The notes below the pieces were generated by a model, which did not search any database, had not been told where the DNA came from, and was given only the letters and a program-made list of their open reading frames with translations. Both the position numbers and the translations under genes were made by a program. A stretch of DNA of 64,000 nucleotides, taken from NCBI GenBank assembly GCA_035221665.1, contig CM069139.1, forward strand, positions 71,362,001 through 71,426,000, read 5' to 3'. Each line of letters opens with the position of its first letter. The stretch's first letter is position 1. This document shows, piece after piece, positions 50,860-63,480 of the stretch. This DNA comes from Okamejei kenojei. Lineage: Eukaryota.

Positions 50860-51724
50860 TATATTTCAGAATCTCTATGAAAACCTGCTCCGAATTTTTC
50901 CACAGTCAAACAGCTTGAAAAAGCAAGCAAATTAAAAAAAATGAAATATACAAGCAAAAGGGGGATCTAACTTGGTTTAGAATTCAGGGAAAACGATCAA
51001 AGAGGAAAAGTTAGAGTGCAACATGTAATAATGGTTTAAAAGGATGTATTCTATTTTGTAAAACAAGCAAAAACTTTTCAGAGATCATAATTGCAGCATA
51101 AAACAGATGTATTTCAGTATTTTAAGATTATGTTAATATTAACAATTTGAATGTGATGAAATAAAAATGATTTGTTTTATTTTGTTTCCTCTTCCCAAAG
51201 CAATTAATAAGACATTTGAGATACCATTAGTTCATTCATCTGCCACTCCCCCAAAAAAGCAAAGGTGAGAGAGGTCATACTCAAACTAAAAGGATGTATA
51301 CTCAAACTATATGTCACTAGTGAGGACATTCCTTTGAAATTGAAATATTTAAAATTGTGAGAGGCTTGGACCAAGTGGAAAGCAAAACCTTTTTCACTCA
51401 GTAGACAACCCATTAAGTTGAGGGCAGAAACTGAAATGAACTGGTAGAATTGTTTTAAGGAACTTGGACTTTGGATGTAAACTGAAATGCACTATTTACA
51501 CTGAACATGTAGAAGCACCCAGCATATTTGAATGTGCGCGGGAGATTGCCACATAAGGCAATGGGCAGAAAGATGGGAAGTGAGATTGCACTGACTAGCC
51601 CTTTAGGGCTAGCACGGATGCAATGGGCCAAATGGCCTCTTTCACGTGCCTTATTTTCCTATGATTCTTGCAGCAAGTTCTCTTTCAGTAAGCCTGCCCA
51701 GATCGCGCATGCTCTGCCGCCTAC

Positions 51725-51857
51725 CTGCAAGTGCTGTCGTGTCTCTGGTGAGCGCTCATTATCCAAGCTGTTTGCCCGCTCGTTCTGCTGCCGGGCAGGC
51801 TGGCGCTCTTTCAGGGACGTGCTTCTTCCACGTCGTCCTGGTTGTTTCACCTCAGAC
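51725..51857 (-). CDS. PACS2: PACS2 exon (R)[44 protein letters not shown]
   Basis: cattag acceptor, gtaggc donor; 133 nt, phase 2-0; contains the RxRxxS Akt/14-3-3-type motif. Confidence 0.95.
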
Positions 51858-52109
51858 CTAATGAAAGAGAAACCATGGGGCAAATTACACTCATGGCCAG
51901 CACCAAACAAACCCAGCAATCGAATGCTACACACATCCATGGAGCTGAATGTACCCCCTCTGAGCTTTGAAAGTAGCCTTGACTATTTGGCAGTGAAAAT
52001 CAACTTTCATTAGAACTGGTTACTACCCTGAGCCCCTGAGAAAGAAATAGAGAAGATAGGTAAGGGAAGAGATTACTATGAAAGAGAGCATTCCTCTTCG
52101 GGATATCCT

Positions 52110-53215
52110 TCTCCCTGCTGCAGACCTACGCCTTTGATTCATCCCTGGATGGTGTCTATCTACACACCAGATCCGAGGGAAAGCTCTTCCACCTCGCTTA
52201 CCTGTGTGCTAAAACAAAGGTGAATGAGATCCTCATCAGAGAAATGCTCTTCGCCGATACTGTAGCATTTGCACCCAACTCAGAGGAGAGTCTGCAGAGG
52301 CTCACTGACAACTTTGGCCACACCTGCATAGAGTTTGGACTCTCAATCAGCCTGAAAAAGACCAATGTCAGTGCGCAGGATGCTAGCCACACACCTTGCA
52401 TTAAAATCCGTGACCACATGCTGGAAGTGGTTGAGAATTTCACCTACCTCGGATCTACAATCTCCACTAACCTGTCTCTGGACTCTGAAATCACCAGGTG
52501 AGTTGGGAAAGCGGCAGCCTCCATGGCCAGGCTGGCTAAGAGGGTGTGGAACGACAAACTCCTCACTGAAAACACCAACATACGTGTGAACCAGACATGT
52601 GTCCTCAGCACCTTCCTGTACGGCCGCCTGACATGGACTACATACAAACGCCGTCTAAACACCTTTCACATGCAATGTCTTCAACGGATTTTCAGTATCT
52701 CCTGGCAGGACTGCATCCAGCAACATCCTGGAATCCCCAGCATGTACTCTCTGCTGAGGCAGCGACGCCTCCGATGGCTTGACTACGTTCGACGAATGGA
52801 GGATGGCCGCATGCCAAAGGACATCTTGTACGGCCAGCTTGCAACTGGCTCTCGGCGCATTGCACGGCCTGCTCTCCGCTTCAAAGATGCCTGCAAGCGG
52901 GATATGAAGACTTCTGGCATCAACACTGACAACGGGGAGGCTGCAGCAGAGGATCGCTCCACTTGGCATGAGATTGTCCAGGAAGGCATAAGGAGGGCAG
53001 ATGTGGGCAGGAACATGTCTGCTGCAGAGAGGAGGGCCAGCGGCAAGAAACGAGCTTCTACAACCCCAATGACTTCCTTTATCTGTTCCCATTGCGGCAA
53101 AGACTGTCACTCGAGAATTGGGTTGGTCAGCCACAGCAGACTTTGCCAACGCGTGCAATGACCCTGGAGACCTCACCATGGCACTGAAGTCATGAGACTG
53201 AGATCTGCCAATGAT
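52110..53215 (+). mobile_element. RTE-clade LINE, 5'-truncated, with RT C-terminal half and terminal C2H2 finger
   Basis: REMLFAD, GLSISLKKTNV, FTYLGS, LRQRRLRW..VRRMEDGRMPKDILYGQL, CSHCGKDCHSRIGLVSHSR. Confidence 0.9.
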
Positions 53216-53269
53216 AAAATATGGCAAACTTCTGTATGTGCCACCAAGTGCAGCCAGGCATTCGAGGTA

Positions 53270-53750
53270 CTGGTGGTGGTGGAGGACTTCGACTGATCAG
53301 ACTTCTGTTCAAGGAAGTGGTGAGCCGTCTTCATGCTCTTATAACATGGGTTGGAGATATAGAGAGACTGGAGATCCATGGTGAAAATGTACTGGATTGC
53401 ATCAAGAAACTTGTAAAAAGTGGAAAAAGGTGTCAGAAATGTTACAGATGTGTCGGGGAGAAAGAACAGAGTCAGAGTGAGAAGGAAGATATTGTGGATC
53501 AAAATAGGTTGAAAATTCAGGTCTACTCAAACAGTCGTGGTCATGCATCTTAGGAAGTGGATAGAAATGGACTGTGCATTTTTGAGGGAAATTGGAGGAG
53601 GATGGAGAATGTGGAAGGAGCTCCAGGGGAAATAAGGTCACGAATGTGTTGGAAATAATAGCCAGATATTGTTCAGTGGGATCATTGTCCTGAGGGAGGC
53701 TGGTTATTTCTAAAAACAATAGTGCCCCTGTCAGCAAGTCGGATGAGAAT
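53270..53750 (-). mobile_element. Penelope-like RT remnant
   Basis: FYPLPKMH and IFTMDLQSLYISNP, resembling PLE RT motifs. Confidence 0.7.
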
Positions 53751-54879
53751 TATGGAGTTGGTCATTAATATATGGAGTGCAGCAAGTTTAGAGATGGATA
53801 TGAATGCAAGTGTTTGGACTCTTCAGCGAAAATTTTGTTGTTCTTTCATTTGAAAATTTTCAACCATCTTAAATGATTCATTATGCAACCCAGTGATCTT
53901 CAACTGTTAAATGAATATAAAATTAGCCCAAGCCACCTGTTTCACAGAAACTAATATAATTAATCTCTGAAGATAGTTATGAAATAAGGCTTTGATTATG
54001 CTTCTGAAGAATATTAAACTTAAAGGCAGAGCACTTTGGGGAAAATGTGCTAAAGTATACAGGGGGTGGGAAAAGACTGAAGGTTTCATGCAGAAGATAA
54101 AGTGGGGAAATGGTGGGGATAGTCAGTTAAGGAAAAAAGAGAAGATTGGAAGTTTGCAAAGTCAGGTAAGTGGAGTCTTTAATCGAGCTCCAGCTGTTTG
54201 ATGAAGTGGCCATACAGACTACATATACTGTAGATGTCTGCGCATGGGGATGACTCAGCAGAGGGACTAAAAAGGTTGGAGAGTTCTGCTCAGGCAATAA
54301 GGTCATATGTCATAAGTGAAAGGAGCAGAATCAGGCTATTCAGCCCATCAAGTACTCTGCCATTCAAGCATGGCTGGTCTATCTCTCCTTCCTAACCCCA
54401 TTTTCCTGCCTTCTCCACATAACCCCTGACACCCCTACTAATCAAGAATCTATCTATCTCTGTCTTAAAAATATCCATTAACTTGGCCTGTGGCAATGAA
54501 TTCCAGATTCACCACCCTGTCCTCTGCTGTGGTTGTTCATGATGCTCTATATCCCCAATATAAATGCACATTAAATAGCTGAGGCATAGCTGGTACAGCT
54601 CTAGTAGAATAACCTGAAGGGCTTCCTCATGTGATTTTTAAATTATCCAAATGGTGCTTCAAAATGAAAATCCATACATTACATTAAATAGTGCTTGTTC
54701 ATAAATGCAACCTACTCATAAGACAACTGTTGACAAGGCACCTAACAACACGTGTAATTAATGGCTCTGCCTCTCAAAAATGGAAAGGATACTACAAGCT
54801 ACAATCAAAGAAGAGTGTTCAGCCTTCATGTGCCTAAAACAATCACAACTGAAGAAAAGTTAACTAGAGATGGGAGAGG

Positions 54880-55627
54880 GAAAGAGATTACTATCTAAAT
54901 GGCGTCAAGTTGGGAAAAGGGGAAGTACAACGGGATCTGGGGGTCCTTATTCATCAGTCTATGAAAGTAAGCATGCAGGTACAGCAGGTAGTGACAAAGC
55001 GAATCGCATGTGGGCCTTTATAAAGAGGAGTCGGGTAGAGGAGCAAAGAGGTCTTTCTGCAGTTGTACAGGGCCCTAGTGAGACCACACCTGGAGTATTG
55101 TGTGCAGTTGGTCCCCTAATTTGAGGAAGGACATTCTTGCTATTGAGGGAGTGCAGCGTCGGTTTACAAGGTTAATTCCCGGAATGGCAGGACTGTCATA
55201 TGCTGAGAGAATGGAGCGGCTGGGCTTGTACACTCTGGAGTTTAGAAGGATGAGAGGCTATCTTATTGAAACATATAAGATTGTTAAGGGGTTGGACACG
55301 TTAGAGACAGGAAACATGTTCCCGATGTTGGGGGAGTCCAGAACCAGGGGCTAGTTTAAGAATAAGGGGTAAGCCATTTAGAACGGAGACAAGGAAACAA
55401 TTTTTCTCACAGAGAGTGGTGAGTCTGTGGAATTCTCTGCCTCAGAGGGTGGTTCTCTGGATGCTTTCAAGAGAGAGCTAGATAGGGCTCTTTAATATAG
55501 TGGTGTCAGGGGATATTGGGAGAAGGCAGGAACGGGGTACTGATTGGGGATGATCACCCATGATCACATTGAACGACGGTACTGGCTCGAAGGGCCGAAT
55601 GGCCTACTCCTGCACCTATTGTCTATT
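54880..55627 (+). mobile_element. CR1 LINE 3' fragment, relatively young
   Basis: WSPNLRKDILAIEGVQRRFTRLIPGMAGLSYAERMERLGLYTLEFRRMRG. Confidence 0.92.
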
Positions 55628-56047
55628 GAGTCCATTCGAATTGCCATTCAGTTCCCATTTCAGAGTACACCGCATTGCTGCAAATCCAGGGAAAATCAAA
55701 AAGGGCCATCACACAAATGTGCAAGTTTCCTTCCCCAAAGCAAACGAATGAGCCACGTATTTTTTTTTAATTTGGTGGACATAAATTTTAATTGTTGAGC
55801 TGAACACTGGGGAACACTGTCCTGCCCTTATTGAATTACAGAATGTTTTGCATTAGGGATTCAATTTAATATCTCATCCAAAAGACATTACCTCAAACGC
55901 TATAGCACTTCTACCCTAGACTGGGTTATGAACCTGGATTACATGCAGTCTCTGAAGCAGGATTAAAACTACAGTCTACTGACTTGTGTTGAGAGTGCAA
56001 CCTGCTGGACATGCAATTTACAATTTGCTCCACAGAATGAGTCTTAC

Positions 56048-56172
56048 CTACTAGATGAAATAATCAATGATTCAGTCTTTGTGATTTTTCCGCTGGGAGG
56101 CAGCTTTTCTAGGAAGGTGTCTGCATTGATGCTTTCTGATCCCACTGCTGCCTCTTCCTGGCGTATTTGATC
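56048..56172 (-). CDS. PACS2: PACS2 exon DQIRQEEAAVGSESINADTFLEKLPPSGKITKTESLIISSS(R)
   Basis: caaaag acceptor, gtaaga donor; 125 nt, phase 0-2; LPPSG.ITKTESL motif as in PACS2. Confidence 0.92.
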
Positions 56173-57691
56173 CTTTTGTGGAACAAAAAACAAAAGAAAT
56201 GCATGATATAACAATAGCTTAAACTACGTCACATTTTCTTTGAGCATTAAGCAACCCATCTGGTTTGACACCCAAGGTCTTTATCTTACCCGATCAGGAA
56301 CCAAATTTAATGTAAATATTAATGGGCTTTGCCTGTCCATTTCACTACTTCATAAATATTTCCTGCTTTTAATCCAAGATTTCAAGTGTTCATTCAGTGA
56401 GTTGTCAGCACTAGTTTGTACTCAGCAAATCCCAGATTTAACTGACTTCTTAGATGATAACAAAGAGCCTTAAGATGTTTCGTGAAAAGTAAGACATCAA
56501 AAGATATAACTAGTTCTAAATGACAGGTTGGATCTACCCTTATGGAAGAGGGAGGTAATACAAACATATTTTTTTTTAAAGAGTATTATAAATGAGAAAG
56601 GCTCCTTTTGTAAAGTGGATAAAGCAGGATTTTGAAAAATGGATATACCACCAGGATTAAATAAAATTGTTCCCGGGGCTCTTAATAGAAGGAAATAACA
56701 CTGCCTCTGACCATCATTTTCCAAATAATCTTTAGCTACAGGCAGAGTGCCAGAGGTATGGAAGACAGTCAATGTGATACTGCCACTTAACATGGGTTTT
56801 TTTCCCCCAACAACCATTAGGCTATTAAACGCTACAAACTCCAACTAAACTTCGATCCACAAACTGCCTTTGTTGCATTAGGTTTTGCTATTCATTGAGC
56901 TTTTTATGTTTATGAGTATAGAGTACTATGTTGCCACACCAGTTGCGCTGCTGCAAGTAAGACAAATATTGATCCATTTCGGGCCATATGGCATTAAAAC
57001 ACTCTTAACTCTTGAAAGGGATGAACCATGTTGCCATTGGCCAGTGGTGGACAAGTCATTGGAGAAAGGTCTGAGGGACAACATAAACCATGATTTAAGG
57101 AGGCACAGGTTAATCAAGGACAGTCAGCATGGATATTTACAGGAAGATTCGTGTTTAACTGGAATATTTAAGGAAGTAATAAAGTGACACATTTGATGAG
57201 GTCTATATGATAAACTGATAAGGAAATTCAAGACCCATGAAATACTAGGGAAAATGGCAAGTTGTATCTAAACTAGCTTAATGACTGCGTCCTTTGCCCC
57301 TTCCCAGCACGCCCTCACATTTCAACTCCAGGCTACATTTGGCGGCATGATTCAATGTAGTCTTGGAATAGACAAGTTTCATACTCACAGCTGAATGCAA
57401 ATCAGAAATGCTGTCAATGTGAAATTTGCTTGGAGAGTTTTTGAGCTTTTCAGGTACATCTATCTGTGTGAAGAATAATACAGTTGGCCAGTTGCACAAA
57501 AAACACAATGGGACAATGTAGAAGAAAGCAATGTGAGAAAGGTGGCAGCAATCTAATTGAATTCCAAGATAGCATTGACCCTTCGGAAATGGTCAACATT
57601 TCACCTGCAATGGAGCCCACACAAACTGCAATTCAGAAATTTGTGCACCAGTTGTGTATTCAACAGTTTTTTAACCATATTTTAAGCTTTG

Positions 57692-57990
57692 TTTAATTTA
57701 GTTTAGTTTAGAGATACAGCATGGAAGCAGGCCCTTCGGCCAACCAGGTCCACGATGAACAGCATTCCCATAACCGAACATACCCTACACACACCAGGGA
57801 CTATTTATAATTTTGCCGAAGCCAATTAACCTATAAACCTGTATGTCTTTGGAATGTGGGAGGAAGCCGGAACACTCGGAGAAAACCCACGCAGGAGAAC
57901 GTTTAAACTCCATACAGACAGCACCAGTAGTCAGGATCTAACCCGGGTCTTCAGCGCTGAAAGTCTGCAACTCAACTGCTGGGCACCGTG
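57692..57990 (-). mobile_element. V-SINE (HE1-like)
   Basis: tttag repeat tail, V-domain reverse complement, tRNA-like head. Confidence 0.8.
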
Positions 57991-60174
57991 ATCATTTAGA
58001 TGACATACGACTTCAAACAATTCTAACCTGAAACATACATCACCTTAACCAGCCGGATTGGAGATGATAGTGTCATTCCCATCATCACACTTGACGATCA
58101 CACTGCTATACATGACATTTTAATGCATATACATTATATGCATTTATTCTCCACTCATTGCATATTTTCTAAGCAACATGATCCATTTCTTCAGCAACTT
58201 TTAGACTTCCTTCTGAGCAAATTAATTTACAGAATAACAAACTGTTTGCTGCGAGTCATACTTCCAGCTCATCAGTCGATGCAAAGCTTGACCAAGGAAA
58301 AACAGATAAAGCAATGAGCTGCCCATTAAACAAGCCTGTTCCACTTATATCAGCTTTCATTATTTCATCTTCACATATCTGACATGACCTTGAGAACTTT
58401 CAATAGAAAGAATGTCCAAAGCTGCTAATAAACTGTTAGTTTAACTTCTCTGCCTCATCTACAAAAACTAGAATTGCAAATGTTAATGTCATAAACTGCC
58501 TTAAAATTTTCCAATTACACTTTTAAAGATTTCAACACCACAACTCTTTATGCTGTCTTTACTATTCAGTCCTTTTAGTGTGACATTTTGCATCTCTTAT
58601 ATGTCACCTGTCCAACAGCAATTCAACCAACAAACCTCACCTTCTTATTTGCTTACAATCTCCTTCAAACGGAAGCACACATGTTCGTCTGTGTGGAAGT
58701 GCCTTGGGAAATTGCACTGAGCTAAAAGTATAACAAATATTTGCAAAGAGAGGAGTTATAATGTGATAAGAGCCCAAAGTCTTCCACGGGAATGTCAAGC
58801 ATAGAAGGTCATGGCACCAACTGGATTGCTCTTTGAAAGAATTGCTGCAGTCAAGTTAGGATAAATAGTCACATTCTGTACTATTCTAATATTCTACAAA
58901 ATATGGCACCTATGTTATTTATTTTGTTTGTTTATTGGACTGGGGCAATACTGATAATAAAAACATAAATTGCCAACTTCCATCAAGAAATTGGCTGTGA
59001 ACCAAGTTCTGGGCTGCTGAGTTTTATTTTATTTGTTTATTCTTAATGTTTTAATGTTTTATGTTTTATTCTTAATGGTTTACTGTATGTCATGATGTTA
59101 CTTGCGAGTGGAACACCAAGGCAAATTCCTTGTATGTGTACTTACTTAGCCAATAAACTTATTCATTCATTCAGCCCATTTGGTGAGGAGATTTTACATT
59201 ATTGCTGGATAAGGAGTTTCAATTGTGATGATTTCTAGGACAGCCAAGCTTGTGGCTTAGAGAAGAATTTACAGGTACATTCCCACGCAACTTCTCTCTT
59301 GTACTTGGAGGCAGTTTAGATTTAGAGTTTGTACGATGGTGTTGAAAAAGCCTTGATGAGTTATGGTAGTGCATTTTCTGAATGATACTGCAGCTTGCTC
59401 AATATCAGATGACTGTGGAAATTAATCCTAACTCACTGTTTGCTTCCTGTAGATACTGTTGCATTTATCTCTGATGATAAATTCATTCTCTGAGTTCAAC
59501 ATGGCAGTGAGCATCCAAAATATAGTTAGCATGTCCCAGAGCACCAAAAGCCTACCAAAATATATATCACTAATTAAACAACGGAAGGCATGGAAAACTC
59601 CTGTTATCAATCTTGTGTTCTTAGTACTTTTCTTTATGGCTGTGAAAGTTGAGTTCATATACTCCAAGCGGGAGCAGAAATTGAACTTGCAACCATCAAA
59701 GTCTCAGTAAAATCCTTGCTATCACTTAAGACTAAGAATCACCAACATTATGATACTGAGCAAACTGACCTGCAGTCTACACTGATGGTACATGTGGAGC
59801 ATGTACTTCAAGTTCGTCTGCTGAAGGCTGTTCTCCGTAACCAGCATCAAAATCAAAGAATGGAAAAGAACTCTGACGTGGCAACAAGGTGAGAAGTTTG
59901 GAATTCCCGTTGACAACCAGAACACCGCTCAGAGCCACTATTTGAAGGTGGCAAGTGAAGGGTGGCTCAATCATCGTGGAAAAGTAACAACCCAAGCATG
60001 CTAGCCAAAAAGCCAAGCATTGCCCAATACCACTTGATGAGCAGATTGAAAGCCACTGTGTTCATTCCAGCGTGACATACTCTTATCCAACACCACCACC
60101 AGAAACTAATAAAAGATTGATTTTGTAGAGTTTCCTTTCACTTGTCAAGACCCCATCCAGTCTTCTCTACACAA

Positions 60175-60378
60175 TAGATAGACACAAAATTCTGGAGGAA
60201 CTCAGCGGGACTGGAAGCATCTCTGGAAAGAAGGAATGGGTGACATTTCCGGTTGAGAACCTTTTTCAGACTCAGGCTGCAGAAGGGTCTCGACCCAAAA
60301 CACTGCTGCCTGTCCCACTGAGTTACTCCAGCATTTTATGTTCATCTTTGGTATAAACCAGAGATCCTTCCAACACAC
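60175..60378. mobile_element. Penelope-derived fold-back element
   Basis: Inverted family arms; imperfect TSD ending in acacaat. Confidence 0.7.
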
Positions 60379-62049
60379 TCCTCCACACAATGTTGTGGTG
60401 GTCTGTCATTGGTAAAAAGACCAAAAGTTTCAGATGGTGCATTGGGGGTCCAATTAATTGAACTGCTTTAACTTGGATAATACTAAGCATCTTGCGTGTT
60501 GTTACAGATGCAAGTGAAGAGTAACATGTCCTATCATGCTGCCCACATGTACATCGTCATGATAAAGAGCTATCAGGAAGTAAGCTACTCACTACAAGTA
60601 CCCAGCATGGGACCTGACCTTGTGGCTGAAATATTTGTGAGACAGGTTTAAGAAGTTTCTGGTTAATTGGTGATACCATAGCGTTGATGATGGACAACTT
60701 GCTGTCCGTAAAATCACTGAATATCAAAGAGTATTGGTCAGACTCTTGTTGCACATGTTTATTACCTAGCACTTACACGGTGCGAATATAACTAGCAGTT
60801 TATCAATTCAAATTGGATTGTTTTATTTTCTGAGGAATTAAAAATGGTATCAAACAATCAGCAGCAAATATCCCCTTTTGACCTTATCACAGAGTGAGGA
60901 CATTAAGTAGTTGCAAACCTAAAGCATTGTTCTGCAACAGTCTTCAACCAGAGACGATCTAGCTTTGAAAAGGCACACTCGTATTTCTTTGCACCAGCTG
61001 TGGCTCTTGCCAAGGAGAGGTCTGTCCTTTTAGTATGGGTCCCATGTTATCAAGAACAGTCCCTGTCTACCCATTCATGTTTGAAACAAGAATAAAATAA
61101 GATCTGCAGATAAAAGGTGCAATTTTCCCAGATCGTCGAAAACTTAGTTGTACCAGAACAACTTTGTTACAGGGAAGATTTTTTCTGGAGTATAAGTCTT
61201 TCTGCAATACAGCCAAGATCTGACTGTCCAGAGAGGGCCCTCTCTGCATTTACTTTCCTCTGCTATGTGCTTACATTGTGGATTGAATAAAGTCAGATTA
61301 AGAATGGCTTCTGTGACAGTGAGCACATTATGAGGAAGTGTAGAGTCGTTCGTTCAGCACTGACAACACAATTGTAATTGCCTCAGCTGCAGTCAGAACA
61401 ATGATGTTCTTTGAGTTTCATCTCTTGCACACTGCCCACCACTGATCACTAACAGATGGGACCTGAATGCAGGGGTTGCATTTGACATAACAATTTGGCA
61501 ATTTGACACATTTGACAATTATGGGATCACCCAGCTGAGTATTCCATGCTGCTGCTTCAGTGCAGTCAGACAACTTCACCCACGGGCTGATTCTCTTACC
61601 ATGTGCTGCAGAACCTATCCAGTATCTGTTATGACTTGGCTTTGTCAATCAAGTAAAGTGCCACTGAATGTCTTTGGGAAATGGAATCCATAATATCTCA
61701 CCCAGAGTGTATTTTCTCTCTCTCCAAATTGTGGTAAATATGGAACACTCTTCACAGACAACTGAGGTTCATAGACGGTAATCAGGAAGTTTTCTTGTCC
61801 CAGGTGCCTGGAGATGTTTCCAAGCTACTCAATTGTTTGTCACTTGCTGGTCTGTCTTGTCAACTGGGCACAACAAACTCAGGAGAGTGATGGCAGTGGC
61901 CAAAATGCTGGCTGAAAGATATAGCTACTCTCAGTAGTACTCTCACTTCTCTCAGTTTAGGTACTTGTCCTCAAATGTTCATACTTTGCAAAATTGATTA
62001 AACTGCGACTACTTCTGCCCTGAGCAAGTCAGGTGCATAGGTCATATGG

Positions 62050-62392
62050 TGATACAGTTGTGGAAACAAGCCCTTCGACCCAACTTGCCTATGCCGGCCA
62101 ACATGTCCCAGCTACACTAGTCCCACTTGCCTGTGTTTGGTCCATATCCCTCCAAACTTGTCCTATCCACGTACCTGTGTAACTGTTTCTTAAATGTTGG
62201 GATAGTCCCTGCCTCAACTACCTCCTCTGGCAGCTTGTTCCATACACCCACCACCCTTTGTGTGAAAAGGTTACCCCTCAGATTCCTATTTAATCTTTTC
62301 CCCTTCACCCTGAATCTATGTCCTCTGGTCCTCGATTCCCATACTCTGACAAGAGATTCTGTGCATCTACCCAATTTATTCCTCTCCTGATT
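62050..62392 (-). mobile_element. CR1 LINE 3' end
   Basis: ESRTRGHRFRVKG...FTQRVVGVWNKLPEEVVEAG. Confidence 0.9.
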
Positions 62393-62551
62393 TTATTCAA
62401 TGGTCAATGCTTGTTTTATGCTTGTGTTTGTAGTGTGGTTTGGCATAAGTAATAGTTACAAAGCGAGTTTGGGGTCCCATTAAAAGCAATGGTACTCATT
62501 AAATTATATCCTTTATATTAGCATCTAAGAGACAGCACGCCTTATGAGACG

Positions 62552-63480
62552 CGTAGGAAGGAACTGCAGATGCTGGTTTAAACCAAAGATAGACACAAAA
62601 AGCTGGAGTAACTCAGCGGGTCAGGCAGCATCTCTGGAGAAAAGGAATAGGTGACGCTTCGATCATGACCCTTCTTCCGACTGAGAGTCAGGGCAAAGGG
62701 AAATGGGGGATATAGGTGGTAATATAGAGGGATGTAGACCAGATGAATGAAAAATATGCAAAAAGTAACGATGACCAAAAAAGGGTGGAGCCCACAATGT
62801 TCCATTGTTGGTTGTTGGCTAGGTCATAACGAGTTATAGTATACAGACAGTGAAACTCCAGGATGACAGTGAAATTAGTACGCTGACTAGGGAGTAGGAG
62901 GGCATGCAAGGGTTACATGAAGTTAGCAAAGTCAATATTCATATTGCTGGGTTATGTTGCCCAAGCAAAATATGTGGTGCTGTCCATCCAATTTTGTTCT
63001 TTGAGATGCTCGACTGACAAAAAAAAAGAACAGTGTCGCACATGCCATTGATTAGAAATCCCCGAATAACGCACTTTTGTATGACTCACTCCTCCATCGT
63101 TGTTGGGAAGTTAGGTCTAAAATAACAGATTTTTTAATTACACCCTAGTGGTATGAATATTGATTTCTCTCATTTAAGGTAGCCCCGGCATTCCCTCCCC
63201 CACCCAAGTTGCTTCTCGTTTTCACCCTATAAACAGCTAACAATGGCCTGTTTCCTTTGTCATCGTTACTTTTTTGTATGTCTTTCATTCATTGTTCTTT
63301 ATCTCTCCACATCACCATCTATATCTCTTGTTTCCCTTATCCCTAACCAGTCTGAAGAAGGCTCTTGACCCAAAACATCACCCATTCCTTCTCTCCAGAG
63401 GTGCTGCCTATCCCGCTGAGTTACTCAGGCTTTTTGTGTCTATCTTCGGTTTAAACCAGCATCTGCAGTTCCTTCTTACA
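62552..63480. mobile_element. Penelope-derived element with long inverted ends
   Basis: The ~62552-62900 arm is inverted relative to ~63190-63480; decayed GIY-YIG C-terminal remnant near 62910-63000. Confidence 0.78.

Larger units (their letters stand above)
2020..56172 (-). other. PACS2: PACS2 (phosphofurin acidic cluster sorting protein 2), 3' part of gene: 14 coding exons, 519 aa plus stop; 5' exons not found in window
   Basis: The manually spliced exons all have GT-AG sites and matching phases. The peptide matches recalled vertebrate PACS2 ([71 protein letters not shown]) better than PACS1. Confidence 0.95.
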
